Below are positions 1-8,800 of a stretch of 35,139 nucleotides of DNA, piece by piece. Source of the DNA: a virus; UHGV virus genome UHGV-0098759; one strand, written 5' to 3'. The stretch's first letter is position 1. Each line of letters starts with the position of its first letter. Under the pieces are notes generated by a model, which worked only from the letters and a program-made list of their open reading frames with translations, made no database searches and was not told the DNA's origin. A program made the translations under genes and the position numbers.

Positions 1-97
1 CGATTTTTGTCGCATGGTGCAAGTTAAATAGGCGAGTAATCTCCTGTTTAGGTTTCCCTAATATCATGTACCCATGATAACACGAGGGGGTACAACA

Positions 98-370
98 ATG
101 AACATCGGTAAAGCAATCATCAACTACGCAGCACGTCGCAACATGGACATTACCTTGATTGACGATGAGACCGTGGCGTTCTGGGAAGCGGATAACGATT
201 GTGAATGGATGTTCTCCTACATGATTGGTAATGATGGTTTCCTCCACTTTAAAGGGAATGTGTATCTGCCGCAGGATATTAAAGAAGAATTACCAGCGTG
301 CATCGATACAGACAAGAAGCTGAAAGAAGTAATCAACTTTATCGCTAAAGAGTTTATCAGCAAGAAGTAA
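98..370 (+). CDS. hypothetical small early protein (track ORF 74..370; ATG at 98 preferred)
   Basis: ATG at 98 is preceded by GAGGGGG at a 7-nt spacing; ORF is open to TAA at 368-370; no recognisable domain. Confidence 0.45.
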   Translation: MNIGKAIINYAARRNMDITLIDDETVAFWEADNDCEWMFSYMIGNDGFLHFKGNVYLPQDIKEELPACIDTDKKLKEVINFIAKEFISKK

Positions 371-807
371 TGTCTAATTTGGCGGGTACTATTCCCGCCG
401 ATTTAAACGGAATACAGACAATGTTCAATATCATGATTCGTAAATTTGGTGAGATGACTTTCGAGAAAGCTGGTGTTGCTCGTACCGAAGAAGAAGCAAT
501 GGCTTTAGTTCTGGTAGCACTGAGATCATCAACTGATATTATCGACGCTGAATATGTAGCCGCAGAAGGTGAGATTAACGAGATTAAAGCGGTGGCTAAG
601 GAATTAGGTGTTAAAGGTTTCCGTAAGCTGAGACTATCCCGCGAGTCATATGTAATTGGTAAGCAAGGACAATACCTAGATGAGAATACCGTGATTGTTC
701 TACTGAATAAGATCACCCGCTATGGTTTCCAGATTGAGCAATATAAAACGTGTTTTGAATTATACGAAAAAGGTTTGCTGGATACTCTGACCATCGTTCG
801 CGCTTAA
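370..807 (+). CDS. hypothetical protein (alternative start at ATG 421, downstream of the 381-399 stem-loop)
   Basis: ORF in the track; ATG at 370 overlaps the upstream stop (TAATG); a conserved stem-loop lies inside the first 17 codons, so a start at 421 is also plausible. Confidence 0.45.
   Translation: MSNLAGTIPADLNGIQTMFNIMIRKFGEMTFEKAGVARTEEEAMALVLVALRSSTDIIDAEYVAAEGEINEIKAVAKELGVKGFRKLRLSRESYVIGKQGQYLDENTVIVLLNKITRYGFQIEQYKTCFELYEKGLLDTLTIVRA
381..399 (+). promoter_or_regulatory. conserved intergenic stem-loop, copy 1 (GGCGGG-TACTATT-CCCGCC) within the motif TCTAATTTGG...
   Basis: Perfect 6-bp stem; second copy at 822-840 has compensatory base changes; followed by TTTAAACGGA and an ATG. 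Confidence 0.5.
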
Positions 808-821
808 TTAATTTCTAATTT

Positions 822-847
822 GGTGGGTGTAATTCCCACCGCTTTTT
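822..847 (+). terminator. conserved stem-loop, copy 2 (GGTGGG-TGTAATT-CCCACC) plus T-run; intrinsic terminator or processing site
   Basis: Same TCTAATTTGG-hairpin-TTTAAA(C/T)GGA architecture as 371-420; stem covaries (C to T paired with G to A); followed by GCTTTTT. Confidence 0.5.
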
Positions 848-863
848 AAATGGAGAATCAAAC

Positions 864-944
864 ATGTTAGCTTTTATCTCATTCGTGGGAGGTAGTCTCA
901 CAACTATTATTAGTCTTTCTTATCTTGTCGTTAGTATGGGGTGA
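864..944 (+). CDS. possible 26-aa hydrophobic peptide (MLAFISFVGGSLTTIISLSYLVVSMG)
   Basis: ATG at 864 with GGAGA 7 nt upstream; below the ORF-track size cutoff; hydrophobic throughout. Confidence 0.25.
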   Translation: MLAFISFVGGSLTTIISLSYLVVSMG

Positions 945-947
945 GCA

Positions 948-1073
948 ATGAAACAATTTCATGATGGCATTTCATCTAAGACATTCAAGAAAGAATATAG
1001 CGGATTGTGTATTAACTGGATTGATTTGATTGGTGCGGTTGTGTTTGGTCTGGTAATTAGCATCAATTTTTAA
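948..1073 (+). CDS. possible 41-aa small protein with C-terminal hydrophobic helix
   Basis: ATG at 948 preceded by GGGGTGAG; stop TAA at 1071-1073; below the track cutoff. Confidence 0.25.
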   Translation: MKQFHDGISSKTFKKEYSGLCINWIDLIGAVVFGLVISINF

Positions 1074-1090
1074 CGATATAAATATATCGT
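1073..1090 (+). promoter_or_regulatory. perfect 18-bp palindrome ACGATATA-AA-TATATCGT; candidate operator upstream of the 1119 gene
   Basis: Exact inverted repeat read directly; lies about 30 bp upstream of the RBS of the secreted-protein gene. Confidence 0.35.
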
Positions 1091-1118
1091 AATTCAAACA
1101 ACAAGAGGAAATTCTACT

Positions 1119-1538
1119 ATGAAAAAGATTATCGCTGGTATCGTTCTTGCTCTGGGTTTGGTTGGTGCTGCAAATGCTAATACCTATACCTATTATGTGT
1201 GCAATTCCTACTTCGAATATAAAGGAGATGATACACGCTACCTGAGTGATGGCGACCGTTATTATCATGCGCCGTCTGGCAAATACCGTGGTTTTATCGG
1301 TGTAAAGGTTCGAGTGAATGATGATAATAGTCAATTTGCTTTCAACGATCCGGTATTTGATAAAACAATCAAAAGCCCGAAACTGAAAGAAGATAAGAAC
1401 GAGAAAGAAGAATATTATGGTTCCGAAGATGGTAAGTCTTACATCAAATATCTGCATTCTGTAGATGGCGCTCCTATATTTGATGTTAAAAAAGGTGATA
1501 CATCTTATACCCTGATTAGCTGCCGTGAAATTCTTTAA
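1119..1538 (+). CDS. secreted or periplasmic protein with N-terminal signal peptide
   Basis: RBS AGAGGAAA before ATG 1119; N-terminus MKKIIAGIVLALGLVGAANA is a classic Sec signal with an AxA cleavage site; no domain recognised. Confidence 0.6.
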   Translation: MKKIIAGIVLALGLVGAANANTYTYYVCNSYFEYKGDDTRYLSDGDRYYHAPSGKYRGFIGVKVRVNDDNSQFAFNDPVFDKTIKSPKLKEDKNEKEEYYGSEDGKSYIKYLHSVDGAPIFDVKKGDTSYTLISCREIL

Positions 1539-1552
1539 TCTTTAATCACCTA

Positions 1553-1592
1553 GCCCCTATCGTTATAATACGCGGTAGGGGCGTTTTTGTTT
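1553..1592 (+). terminator. hairpin plus T-run downstream of the 1119..1538 gene
   Basis: Stem GCCCCTA/TAGGGGC with a large loop containing TTATAAT, followed by GTTTTTGTTT; could alternatively be a recombinase-proximal site. Confidence 0.35.
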
Positions 1593-1601
1593 GGAAATGG
1601 T

Positions 1602-3281
1602 ATGAAAACTAAACTGTATTCGTATATTCGCTTCTCGTCTATGCGTCAGAATGATGGTTCGAGTTATGAACGACAAATCAGGATGGCTAGAGAGATTGCG
1701 GTAAAGTATGACCTTGAACTGGTAAATGATTATCAGGATCTGGGTGTATCTGCGTTTAAGGGTGCTAACTCCAAAACAGGGGCGCTATCTCGTTTCCTTG
1801 ATGCAATAGGTAGATCCGTTCCTGTTGGTAGCTGGCTATTCATCGAAAACTTGGACCGTTTATCCCGTGCCGATATTGTCAGTGCGCAGGAGTTATTCCT
1901 TTCAATCATCCGTAGGGGGATAACCATTGTTACTGGCATGGATAACAAGATCTACTCGCTGGATACTGTTACCGCTAACCCGATGGACCTGATGTTCTCC
2001 ATCCTTTTATTCATCCGTGGTAATGAGGAAAGCCAGACTAAGCGCAATCGTACTAACTCAAGCGCACTGATTAAGATTAAAGCTCATCAAGAAAATCCAC
2101 AAAATCCGGCTGTTGCAATCGAGGAAATTGGAAAGAATATGTGGTGGACTGATACCACATCTGGTTATGTGCTTCCTCATCCGGTCTTCTTCCCTATTGT
2201 TCAGGAAGTTGTGGAATTACGCAGGAATGGACGGTCAACCGCCGAGATACTGGATCACCTTAACGCGACATACACACCACCACCAGCCGCAAGTCACAAG
2301 AGGCATTCAAACTGGTCACGGGCAATGATTGAAAGGTTGTTCCATACCCGCGCTTTGATTGGTATCAAGGAAATCTCTGTAGATGGCGTTAAGTATGAGT
2401 TAAAGGATTATTATCCTCGTGTGCTAGATGACGCTGAGTTTTATCACCTTAAGAAAAGCATTGGTGTTAGAGCATGTAACTTTGGAGACAAAGAAGAAGT
2501 TAAACCTATTCCCTTGCTTAGTGGTGTTGGTCTATTGAAATGTGAACATTGCGGTTCCGCTATGGTTAAGGTGAAAGGAACAAACAGACGGCCTAACCAA
2601 TATCGTTATTCATGCGATGCAATGCGCTCTAGTCGTATTGAATGTGTGCATACAAACTGGAGTTTTCGCGGCGACCAATTAGAGAAAGCTGTATTGCAAT
2701 TGCTGGCTGATAAAATCTGGATTGCTGAAGATAAGGCTAATCCGGTTCCGGCTTTGAAAGTACAGATTGATGAAATATCACGCAAGATTGATAACCTGAT
2801 TACCCTTTCTGCTATGACAGGAGCAACGAAGGAGCTAGCCGATCAGATTACTACCCTCAATAGCGAGCGTGAAACACTCTACAATCAAATTAAGATGGCA
2901 GAAGAGGAAATGTATTCTGTTGACTCTCAAGGCTGGGAGAAGCTCGCAGAATTTGATTTAGAAGATGTTTACAACGAGGATCGCATTAAGGTCCGGTTTA
3001 AGATTAAGCAAGCTCTAAAACGGATCGGGTGTAGCAGGATTGACAAGTACAAAAACTTGTTTGTATTGGAATACATCGATGGCAAGACCCAGAGAGTTGT
3101 AATAGAAAATTCAAGAGGACCGAGGAAAGGCCGGATCTTCATTGATTTGAAGACTATCAATGATAGGCAGATTCTGGAGAGTAACGGGCTTGTTCTGCAT
3201 CCATGTTTAGACATGCTGACAGATAAGAACTGGAAACCAGAAGAAGAAATACCAGGTCCATTACAGGAATTTGGAATTTAA
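1602..3281 (+). CDS. large serine recombinase (integrase-type)
   Basis: N-terminal YIRFSSMRQ matches the serine-recombinase catalytic motif; C-terminal Cys-rich zinc-ribbon (CEHCGS...YRYSC...IECVH) and coiled-coil region; track ORF starts at TTG 1587, first in-frame ATG is 1602. Confidence 0.8.
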   Translation: MKTKLYSYIRFSSMRQNDGSSYERQIRMAREIAVKYDLELVNDYQDLGVSAFKGANSKTGALSRFLDAIGRSVPVGSWLFIENLDRLSRADIVSAQELFLSIIRRGITIVTGMDNKIYSLDTVTANPMDLMFSILLFIRGNEESQTKRNRTNSSALIKIKAHQENPQNPAVAIEEIGKNMWWTDTTSGYVLPHPVFFPIVQEVVELRRNGRSTAEILDHLNATYTPPPAASHKRHSNWSRAMIERLFHTRALIGIKEISVDGVKYELKDYYPRVLDDAEFYHLKKSIGVRACNFGDKEEVKPIPLLSGVGLLKCEHCGSAMVKVKGTNRRPNQYRYSCDAMRSSRIECVHTNWSFRGDQLEKAVLQLLADKIWIAEDKANPVPALKVQIDEISRKIDNLITLSAMTGATKELADQITTLNSERETLYNQIKMAEEEMYSVDSQGWEKLAEFDLEDVYNEDRIKVRFKIKQALKRIGCSRIDKYKNLFVLEYIDGKTQRVVIENSRGPRKGRIFIDLKTINDRQILESNGLVLHPCLDMLTDKNWKPEEEIPGPLQEFGI

Positions 3282-3285
3282 GCTA

Positions 3286-3543
3286 ATGAAGATGATTAAG
3301 ATTTTAGGTTTGATTTTATCTATGAATTCTTGCCTGGCATTGGCAACCGTAGACCAAGAAATGCGTAGACCGCTAACCTATAGAGAAGATGCTTTCATTG
3401 ATGGAGCACATAAAACATTGAAATTGCTATGTCAAAAGACCACCAGTAATTACGGTGAATACAGAAAATGTTATGAGGAATCACTAGACATTTATTCTGA
3501 TGAGGTGAGAAAGATTTTCATAGAACAAGAAAATAAATCATAG
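3286..3543 (+). CDS. small secreted protein with signal peptide
   Basis: ATG at 3286 with GGAA upstream; N-terminus MKMIKILGLILSMNSCLALA is signal-peptide-like; track ORF begins at TTG 3271, overlapping the recombinase stop. Confidence 0.5.
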   Translation: MKMIKILGLILSMNSCLALATVDQEMRRPLTYREDAFIDGAHKTLKLLCQKTTSNYGEYRKCYEESLDIYSDEVRKIFIEQENKS

Positions 3544-3579
3544 GCGGCCTAAATCGCCGTATAACGAACCAAACGCTTT

Positions 3580-3607
3580 AAGGGGTAATTCGTACCCCTT
3601 TTTAATT
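3580..3607 (+). terminator. intrinsic terminator (AAGGGGTA-ATTCG-TACCCCTT followed by TTTAATTT)
   Basis: 8-bp perfect stem with T-rich tail, at the end of the plus-strand gene block. Confidence 0.6.
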
Positions 3608-3777
3608 TAATTGCGTTAGAGAGTCTCTAATGGGCTTAAATCAAGCTCTAGGTCTTCCGGTTCTTTCATTACTTCAACCAGAGACGGCTTCGTCAAAAAC
3701 GACTTTATCGTCTGCGGTATATTTGTCTATAATGAAAAAATGGTCAGAAATATAGCTAACGTCGCCAGCATATTCTA

Positions 3778-3812
3778 ACAAAAAAGCGCCCACTAGAGGC
3801 GCTTTAATTTTA
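3778..3812. terminator. bidirectional terminator hairpin (AAGCGCC-CACTAGA-GGCGCTT flanked by A-run and T-run)
   Basis: Perfect 7-bp stem with A6 upstream and T-rich downstream, at the convergence of the plus-strand block and the minus-strand late and lysis genes. Confidence 0.6.
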
Positions 3813-4163
3813 TCCATTCCATCGTGATTTTTTCGATCTGGAATCGATATGCGTAAATGTTTTATATTTTCCTAAGCCGTATTGAGTAGGATATTTCCCA
3901 TCAAGATAAGCATGAACAATATCAGGTGAGACACCCTTGATAACAATGTCAGCCGCGCGGCCTCGAACGTGATAGCTATTGGCTGCCCCGCCTACATTCT
4001 TGTTATGAGTCGGGCAACGGTTGCCACTGTTAATAATAACTGGTTTCCCGAAGTGTTCTCGTACATCCTCAAGAATTACCAGTAATTCAGCATCGATAGT
4101 ATCATAATCACATTTTCCGCATCTACATTTAAATTCCTTGCGAGAAAAATGCTTACTTAACAT
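3810..4163 (-). CDS. endolysin, M15-family zinc peptidase-like
   Basis: Motifs FSRKEFKCRCG, SYHVRGRAADI and a C-terminal His (THID) match the small M15 peptidase fold used by phage endolysins; RBS AAGGGGG. Confidence 0.7.
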   Translation of the reverse strand: MLSKHFSRKEFKCRCGKCDYDTIDAELLVILEDVREHFGKPVIINSGNRCPTHNKNVGGAANSYHVRGRAADIVIKGVSPDIVHAYLDGKYPTQYGLGKYKTFTHIDSRSKKSRWNG

Positions 4164-4172
4164 ATTACCCCC

Positions 4173-4520
4173 TTAGATCATTTCGAAGATATAACCAATA
4201 AAGCGCATACCCTTGATATAATAAGGAGCAGTGCCTACACACACCGCGCGTGCATCACCCAGACAGTTAAAGCTATAAGGATTAACTACATCGACTTCTT
4301 GCCCGACACGAAAACGATACTTAGGACGTTTAGCCAATGTAGCGACACAAAACACGGTCCCTTTTTCATGATCGCGGATACATTCTTTATATTGTTTATG
4401 TTTAACTCTCTTCGCCTCAAAATCATAGGTCATTGATTCTGGGCTAATGCCATTAATAAAAATACCGGAAAGCTGATCGACCGGATAAGTAGGAAATTCA
4501 GTGAAAATATTTTTAGCCAT
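4173..4520 (-). CDS. hypothetical protein
   Basis: ORF with GGAGG RBS; no recognisable motif. Confidence 0.5.
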   Translation of the reverse strand: MAKNIFTEFPTYPVDQLSGIFINGISPESMTYDFEAKRVKHKQYKECIRDHEKGTVFCVATLAKRPKYRFRVGQEVDVVNPYSFNCLGDARAVCVGTAPYYIKGMRFIGYIFEMI

Positions 4521-4558
4521 GTTATACCTCCATAGGATTCTATGAGGGTATTTATTGA

Positions 4559-5242
4559 TTAAACGTATTTCATGCGCGATTTAATGTGCTTATTGATGTT
4601 TTCAAGCATCATTGCTTCATTGCTTTCCCACGATCCTAGCGTCGAATAACGAGTAGAAATTTTATCCGACTTAACGGCAACAATTCGCTTACTCTGTTTC
4701 TGGATGCGTTTCTCTAAGCGACGTTTTGCCACCGCCGATCCATTCTTAGCGCGTTTGGTTCGGGATTTCTTAGGCTTGTACTTCTTCATGATAAAAGTCC
4801 CTTCCTTGTTCTCTACCTTGATGAAGTTGCCGTTTTCGATGTTACGCATCATCTTACCGCCTTTGATGGCCTTAATGTTCCCGTGGGCGTCTAAGACCTT
4901 ACCGTTAGCGATTGGCACTAGCTTATTGATTTTGCCACCATCGAAATAGTGTTTCAGATAGTCGTCCTGACTACCGATCTTCTTGTCCTTATCCCTTGCG
5001 CCCTTGATGAAGATTTGGTGTCTCGTCCCTGATCGGTTCTTGTAGTTGGTATTACCTACAGCTTGCTGAGTCCATCGAGTAGGTCTATCAACATTCTTGT
5101 TAATCTTCTTCTGGAGTGCTCTGGAAGCAAAGATCGCCCCTTCCCCTATCGCCTTTTCGAATGTATCGGTTGCTTTATCAGTCCATTGGCGTAACGCTTT
5201 CTTAGTCCTTAGAGCGTTTCGTTTATTGGTACTGGTTGCCAT
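4559..5242 (-). CDS. hypothetical strongly basic protein
   Basis: ORF with RBS AGGGGG; Lys/Arg-rich throughout; function not recognised. Confidence 0.5.
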   Translation of the reverse strand: MATSTNKRNALRTKKALRQWTDKATDTFEKAIGEGAIFASRALQKKINKNVDRPTRWTQQAVGNTNYKNRSGTRHQIFIKGARDKDKKIGSQDDYLKHYFDGGKINKLVPIANGKVLDAHGNIKAIKGGKMMRNIENGNFIKVENKEGTFIMKKYKPKKSRTKRAKNGSAVAKRRLEKRIQKQSKRIVAVKSDKISTRYSTLGSWESNEAMMLENINKHIKSRMKYV

Positions 5243-5432
5243 GTTAGCCCCCTAATAACGAAAAGACCCCCGCCAGTGTCCTTAGCAATTGTTCATCCAC
5301 GGTCATAGCCGGGAGTTCAAGCCCAAAGGACGTTAGCAGAGGTCTAATAGCTACGTTATAAGTGAGGGCGACAATCAAGAGATAACCAAAATATTTCTTA
5401 AGTTTATTCTTCATATATTCACCCCTTTATTA

Positions 5433-5711
5433 TTATTTTTGTTTGAGTATGTCGAGAACTTGGTCAAATTTGGCGTCCATCGCAACCACTTTCTTCTCTA
5501 TACCGTGTAGTGTTTGTTCCATTTGGTAAACACGTTCAGCAATCTGAGTATGGTTATTCTGCATCGTCTCAAACTTCTGGTTTAACAATGCGTCGCTGGA
5601 TTCCAATTTAGATAACCTATTTTCAGTTGCTAATTGATTTCGGTGAAGTCTCCAAAGACCACCACAAATTAAGGCGATAACACCGATACCGCCATATATA
5701 ATTTCAGTCAT
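5433..5711 (-). CDS. membrane-anchored coiled-coil protein (holin- or i-spanin-like)
   Basis: N-terminal hydrophobic helix (IIYGGIGVIALICGGLW) followed by a coiled-coil-like segment; RBS GGGGG; lies between J and the lysis region. Confidence 0.45.
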   Translation of the reverse strand: MTEIIYGGIGVIALICGGLWRLHRNQLATENRLSKLESSDALLNQKFETMQNNHTQIAERVYQMEQTLHGIEKKVVAMDAKFDQVLDILKQK

Positions 5712-5816
5712 TACGCCCCCGATATTTTTATATAGTTTAATGGCAAAATTATTTAGATAAAAATAATCCCGCCTAACTCAAAAGAATTAAGCGGGATTTA
5801 TTATTAAAATTAAATT

Positions 5817-8800
5817 TTAAGAAACAGTAATACCAGTAGTGGCTTTTTTAGTTACCATTACTGTTAGATCGCTGATATATGCACTTGGGTTATAGTTGTT
5901 AACACCATCACAAATAACTTGGAATGTTAACGTTACAGCACCTTTACCCGCTGGCATGTCAATAACGCCTGTGTACATGCTGCCAGAAGTAGCCGTGCGA
6001 TCATATAGAACAGAGCCATTTTTCTTAACGATTAATCGGCAAGTGTCCCAATGATCACTACTTTCGCCACGACGAACAGACCCGTTATGGTGAATAGCTG
6101 GAATCACAATTTGGCGATCAAACTTATGATCATCTTCCACCCTTACCGTAACAGTGCCATCAGGCCAGTTTTGTTGACGATGAGGGAATTTCTTACCAAT
6201 CACCTTAACGAAATCACCCTTAACCTGAGTAGCTTCAAGCATACCCTTAATAACACAGCTAGAGTTAATCGTGACGTTGTTCAGAGTACCAGAATCAGCC
6301 GTGATATTACCTTTAACGGTAGCATTCATGAACGTAGCGGACCCGTTCTTGTTGATATGCCATCCGGTAGATCCGTTCCAGTTGGAAGACTGGATATAGT
6401 TACCAATTTTGGCGTTATCAATTGCACCGTTTACGATCTTGGCGTTAGTGATTGCCCCGTCCTGAATCTTCGCGCTGTTAATTGCAGCATTTCCGATCTT
6501 AGCGGTAGTAATCGCCGCATCATTAATCTGGGCTGTGCCAATTGCAGCATTACGAATCATCGCATTATCGAGATAAACCTTGTTACCTTCGATACCAAAC
6601 GGGCAAACATCGGTCCCGTTCTGCGGAGCTACAGCAATTTTATCAGCCGTAAAGATGATTTTAGTCGGTTGTGCCGGATCGTTGGTTGCGCTCATGTGAA
6701 TACCAGCCACGCGACCATCTGCATTAACTGCCAGATTGTATTTGCTGTTAATGGTTCCTTTCAAAGCATCGATTTTTACATCTGCTTCCTGATTCACACC
6801 AGCAATCTTGCCATCCATTTCTACCCGAACTTGATCAATCTTACTTGCGCTTGCTGCCTCACTGGTAGCAATAGCTTGTTTCAGGGTAGTAGCAGATGCG
6901 CTAACTTCTTTGGTGATATCGCCTTTCAGTTCAGCTTTAACCTGATCAATCTTAGTTGCACTGGCTTGATCACCAGAAGTAATCAGACTCTTTAAGGTAT
7001 CGGCTGAGGCTTGCACCGTCTGCCCTGTTTCGGTAGTGATTTGCTTATGCATTGCATCAATTTTAGCATCGGCATTAGCGCCAGCTTGAGCAATAGCATC
7101 AGCGATGGTTTCATCTAAGCGATCTTGTAAACCAATCAGGTCTTCCAGTGCTTCTTTGTCCTGGTCGTCCCAACTAATCGTAGACTTCATAGACATGAAA
7201 TAAGGTTCGGACCAGACAGCATCATCCATACCGAAAATATCGTAGTGAGCACCACGGATATAATAATCACCGTCAGCAATATCAAAGGAAGTATGGCTAA
7301 CACTATTCGTGCTTACTGCCCTTGCATCGGAGAAAGTGTTATCGGTTGCATACTGGATGATTGACCCTGCATAGTCATGTTCTACGTCATCTGCCCAGCT
7401 AACAAACGCAGTATTAAAGCCACCACGCGCACTAAAACCTTTCATTGGCTTATGCTGTGGGTTGATAGCCACTAAACGCGCTGGGGCGCTCTCTGAGTTG
7501 TTATAGCCCTTAGCTGATACTTCTACCGTCAGTTGACGCGAAAGGCCGTTAAACTGGTTCATATCAAGCGTATAAGTCCATGATTCAGGATCGCGGGTAC
7601 GGTACTGAATAGACTTACCAGCCTTGTTAGTCACCTTGATAATGTATGCTTCAAACAGGTCACTAAACTTGTTAGTTTCCCCGTTGATCTCAACATCTAA
7701 TTGTTGCTGATTTTCCCATTCGATAATCAGATCATTACCTTCGAAAGTTCCTGGCGTGCTACCCTGATTTTTGATTCGAATAACCGGAGTCGGCAATTCA
7801 TATGTAACAGTTGGATTCTGGTTAATCAGTTCTACCCAATCGGATCGAGCGATGATACCGAAAGCACAAACTCGGTAATCATAAGAACGATCTTTTGCCA
7901 GTGCATTGACACTGAAAATTTGCTGTGAAGTCTGTCCCAGCTTAATCCAGTTAGGTGATCCGCTTACACGGTAATCAATCTGAAAACCATAACGGTTAAA
8001 ATCTTCCGGCGCATCCCATGTCAAAGTAACGTTTTTACCGTAAATCGTCTCGCCAGTTGCCTTAATTCTGAAATTAGTAGGCTTCTGTACTGTCATTGAA
8101 TCCGGTAAACCACTTGGTCTATTGTCTGGAGTTGCCGCATAGTTCAGGTCAGTATAAACCTGAGAATTATATTCTGTGGCGGTGATAGTCATCATCCCAG
8201 CAATACCAGAATCAATCGAGCGATCAATTGCAGTAATACGCCATAAGGAATTATTCAGCTTCAATTCATCATAGGTTACGCTGATAACGTCCCATACTTC
8301 GGCAGTGAATGCGTCAGTAGTCATAAAGCTGATAACCTGAGTGATACGAGATTTATTTCGTTCAATACTCGCAAGTTTATCAATCTGGTCTTTAGACTTA
8401 ACGAAACGATATTCTACATCCTTAGCAATAATTCGACCATCTGCGCGAACAGTAGCATCGTTTTCAGCATCAGCCGGATAACGTAGCATTTGCTCTGAAT
8501 AGTCGATTGATGGTTCCTGATACATTGCGTTAATGGTATTGAAATAACCGTTAGTGCCACCTGTTTTCAGTGATACCTTACCCATCATGATATTGTCTTC
8601 ATTGAAGGTATGCTTAACAATATCAGGAGCATCCAGTTTCAGCGTAATACGTCCAAAGGATTCGAACATCACCCCGCCGAAAGTCTGCATAAGACTGGTC
8701 AAGTTCTCTTTAAAGCTGGCGTTCGGATCACATGCACCGTTTGAATGTAGGTCCATCTGGCGTACTTGTTTACGTACTTTCAGGAATGAATCAACGTTGA

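Noticed and set aside
74-97. Upstream start at ATG 74 for the first gene
   Set aside because: No Shine-Dalgarno before position 74, whereas ATG 98 has GAGGGGG at ideal spacing. The longer form is not excluded but is less likely.
5243-5432. Small minus-strand ORF between the basic protein gene and the membrane protein gene
   Set aside because: The ATG-initiated frame stops after 5 codons (MKNKL*); the longer open frame lacks a start codon.
6051-6995. 314-aa plus-strand ORF inside the J-like gene
   Set aside because: Fully antisense to a well-supported 1248-aa structural gene; low-complexity Asn/Ile/Ser-rich translation with no RBS. Treated as a chance open frame.
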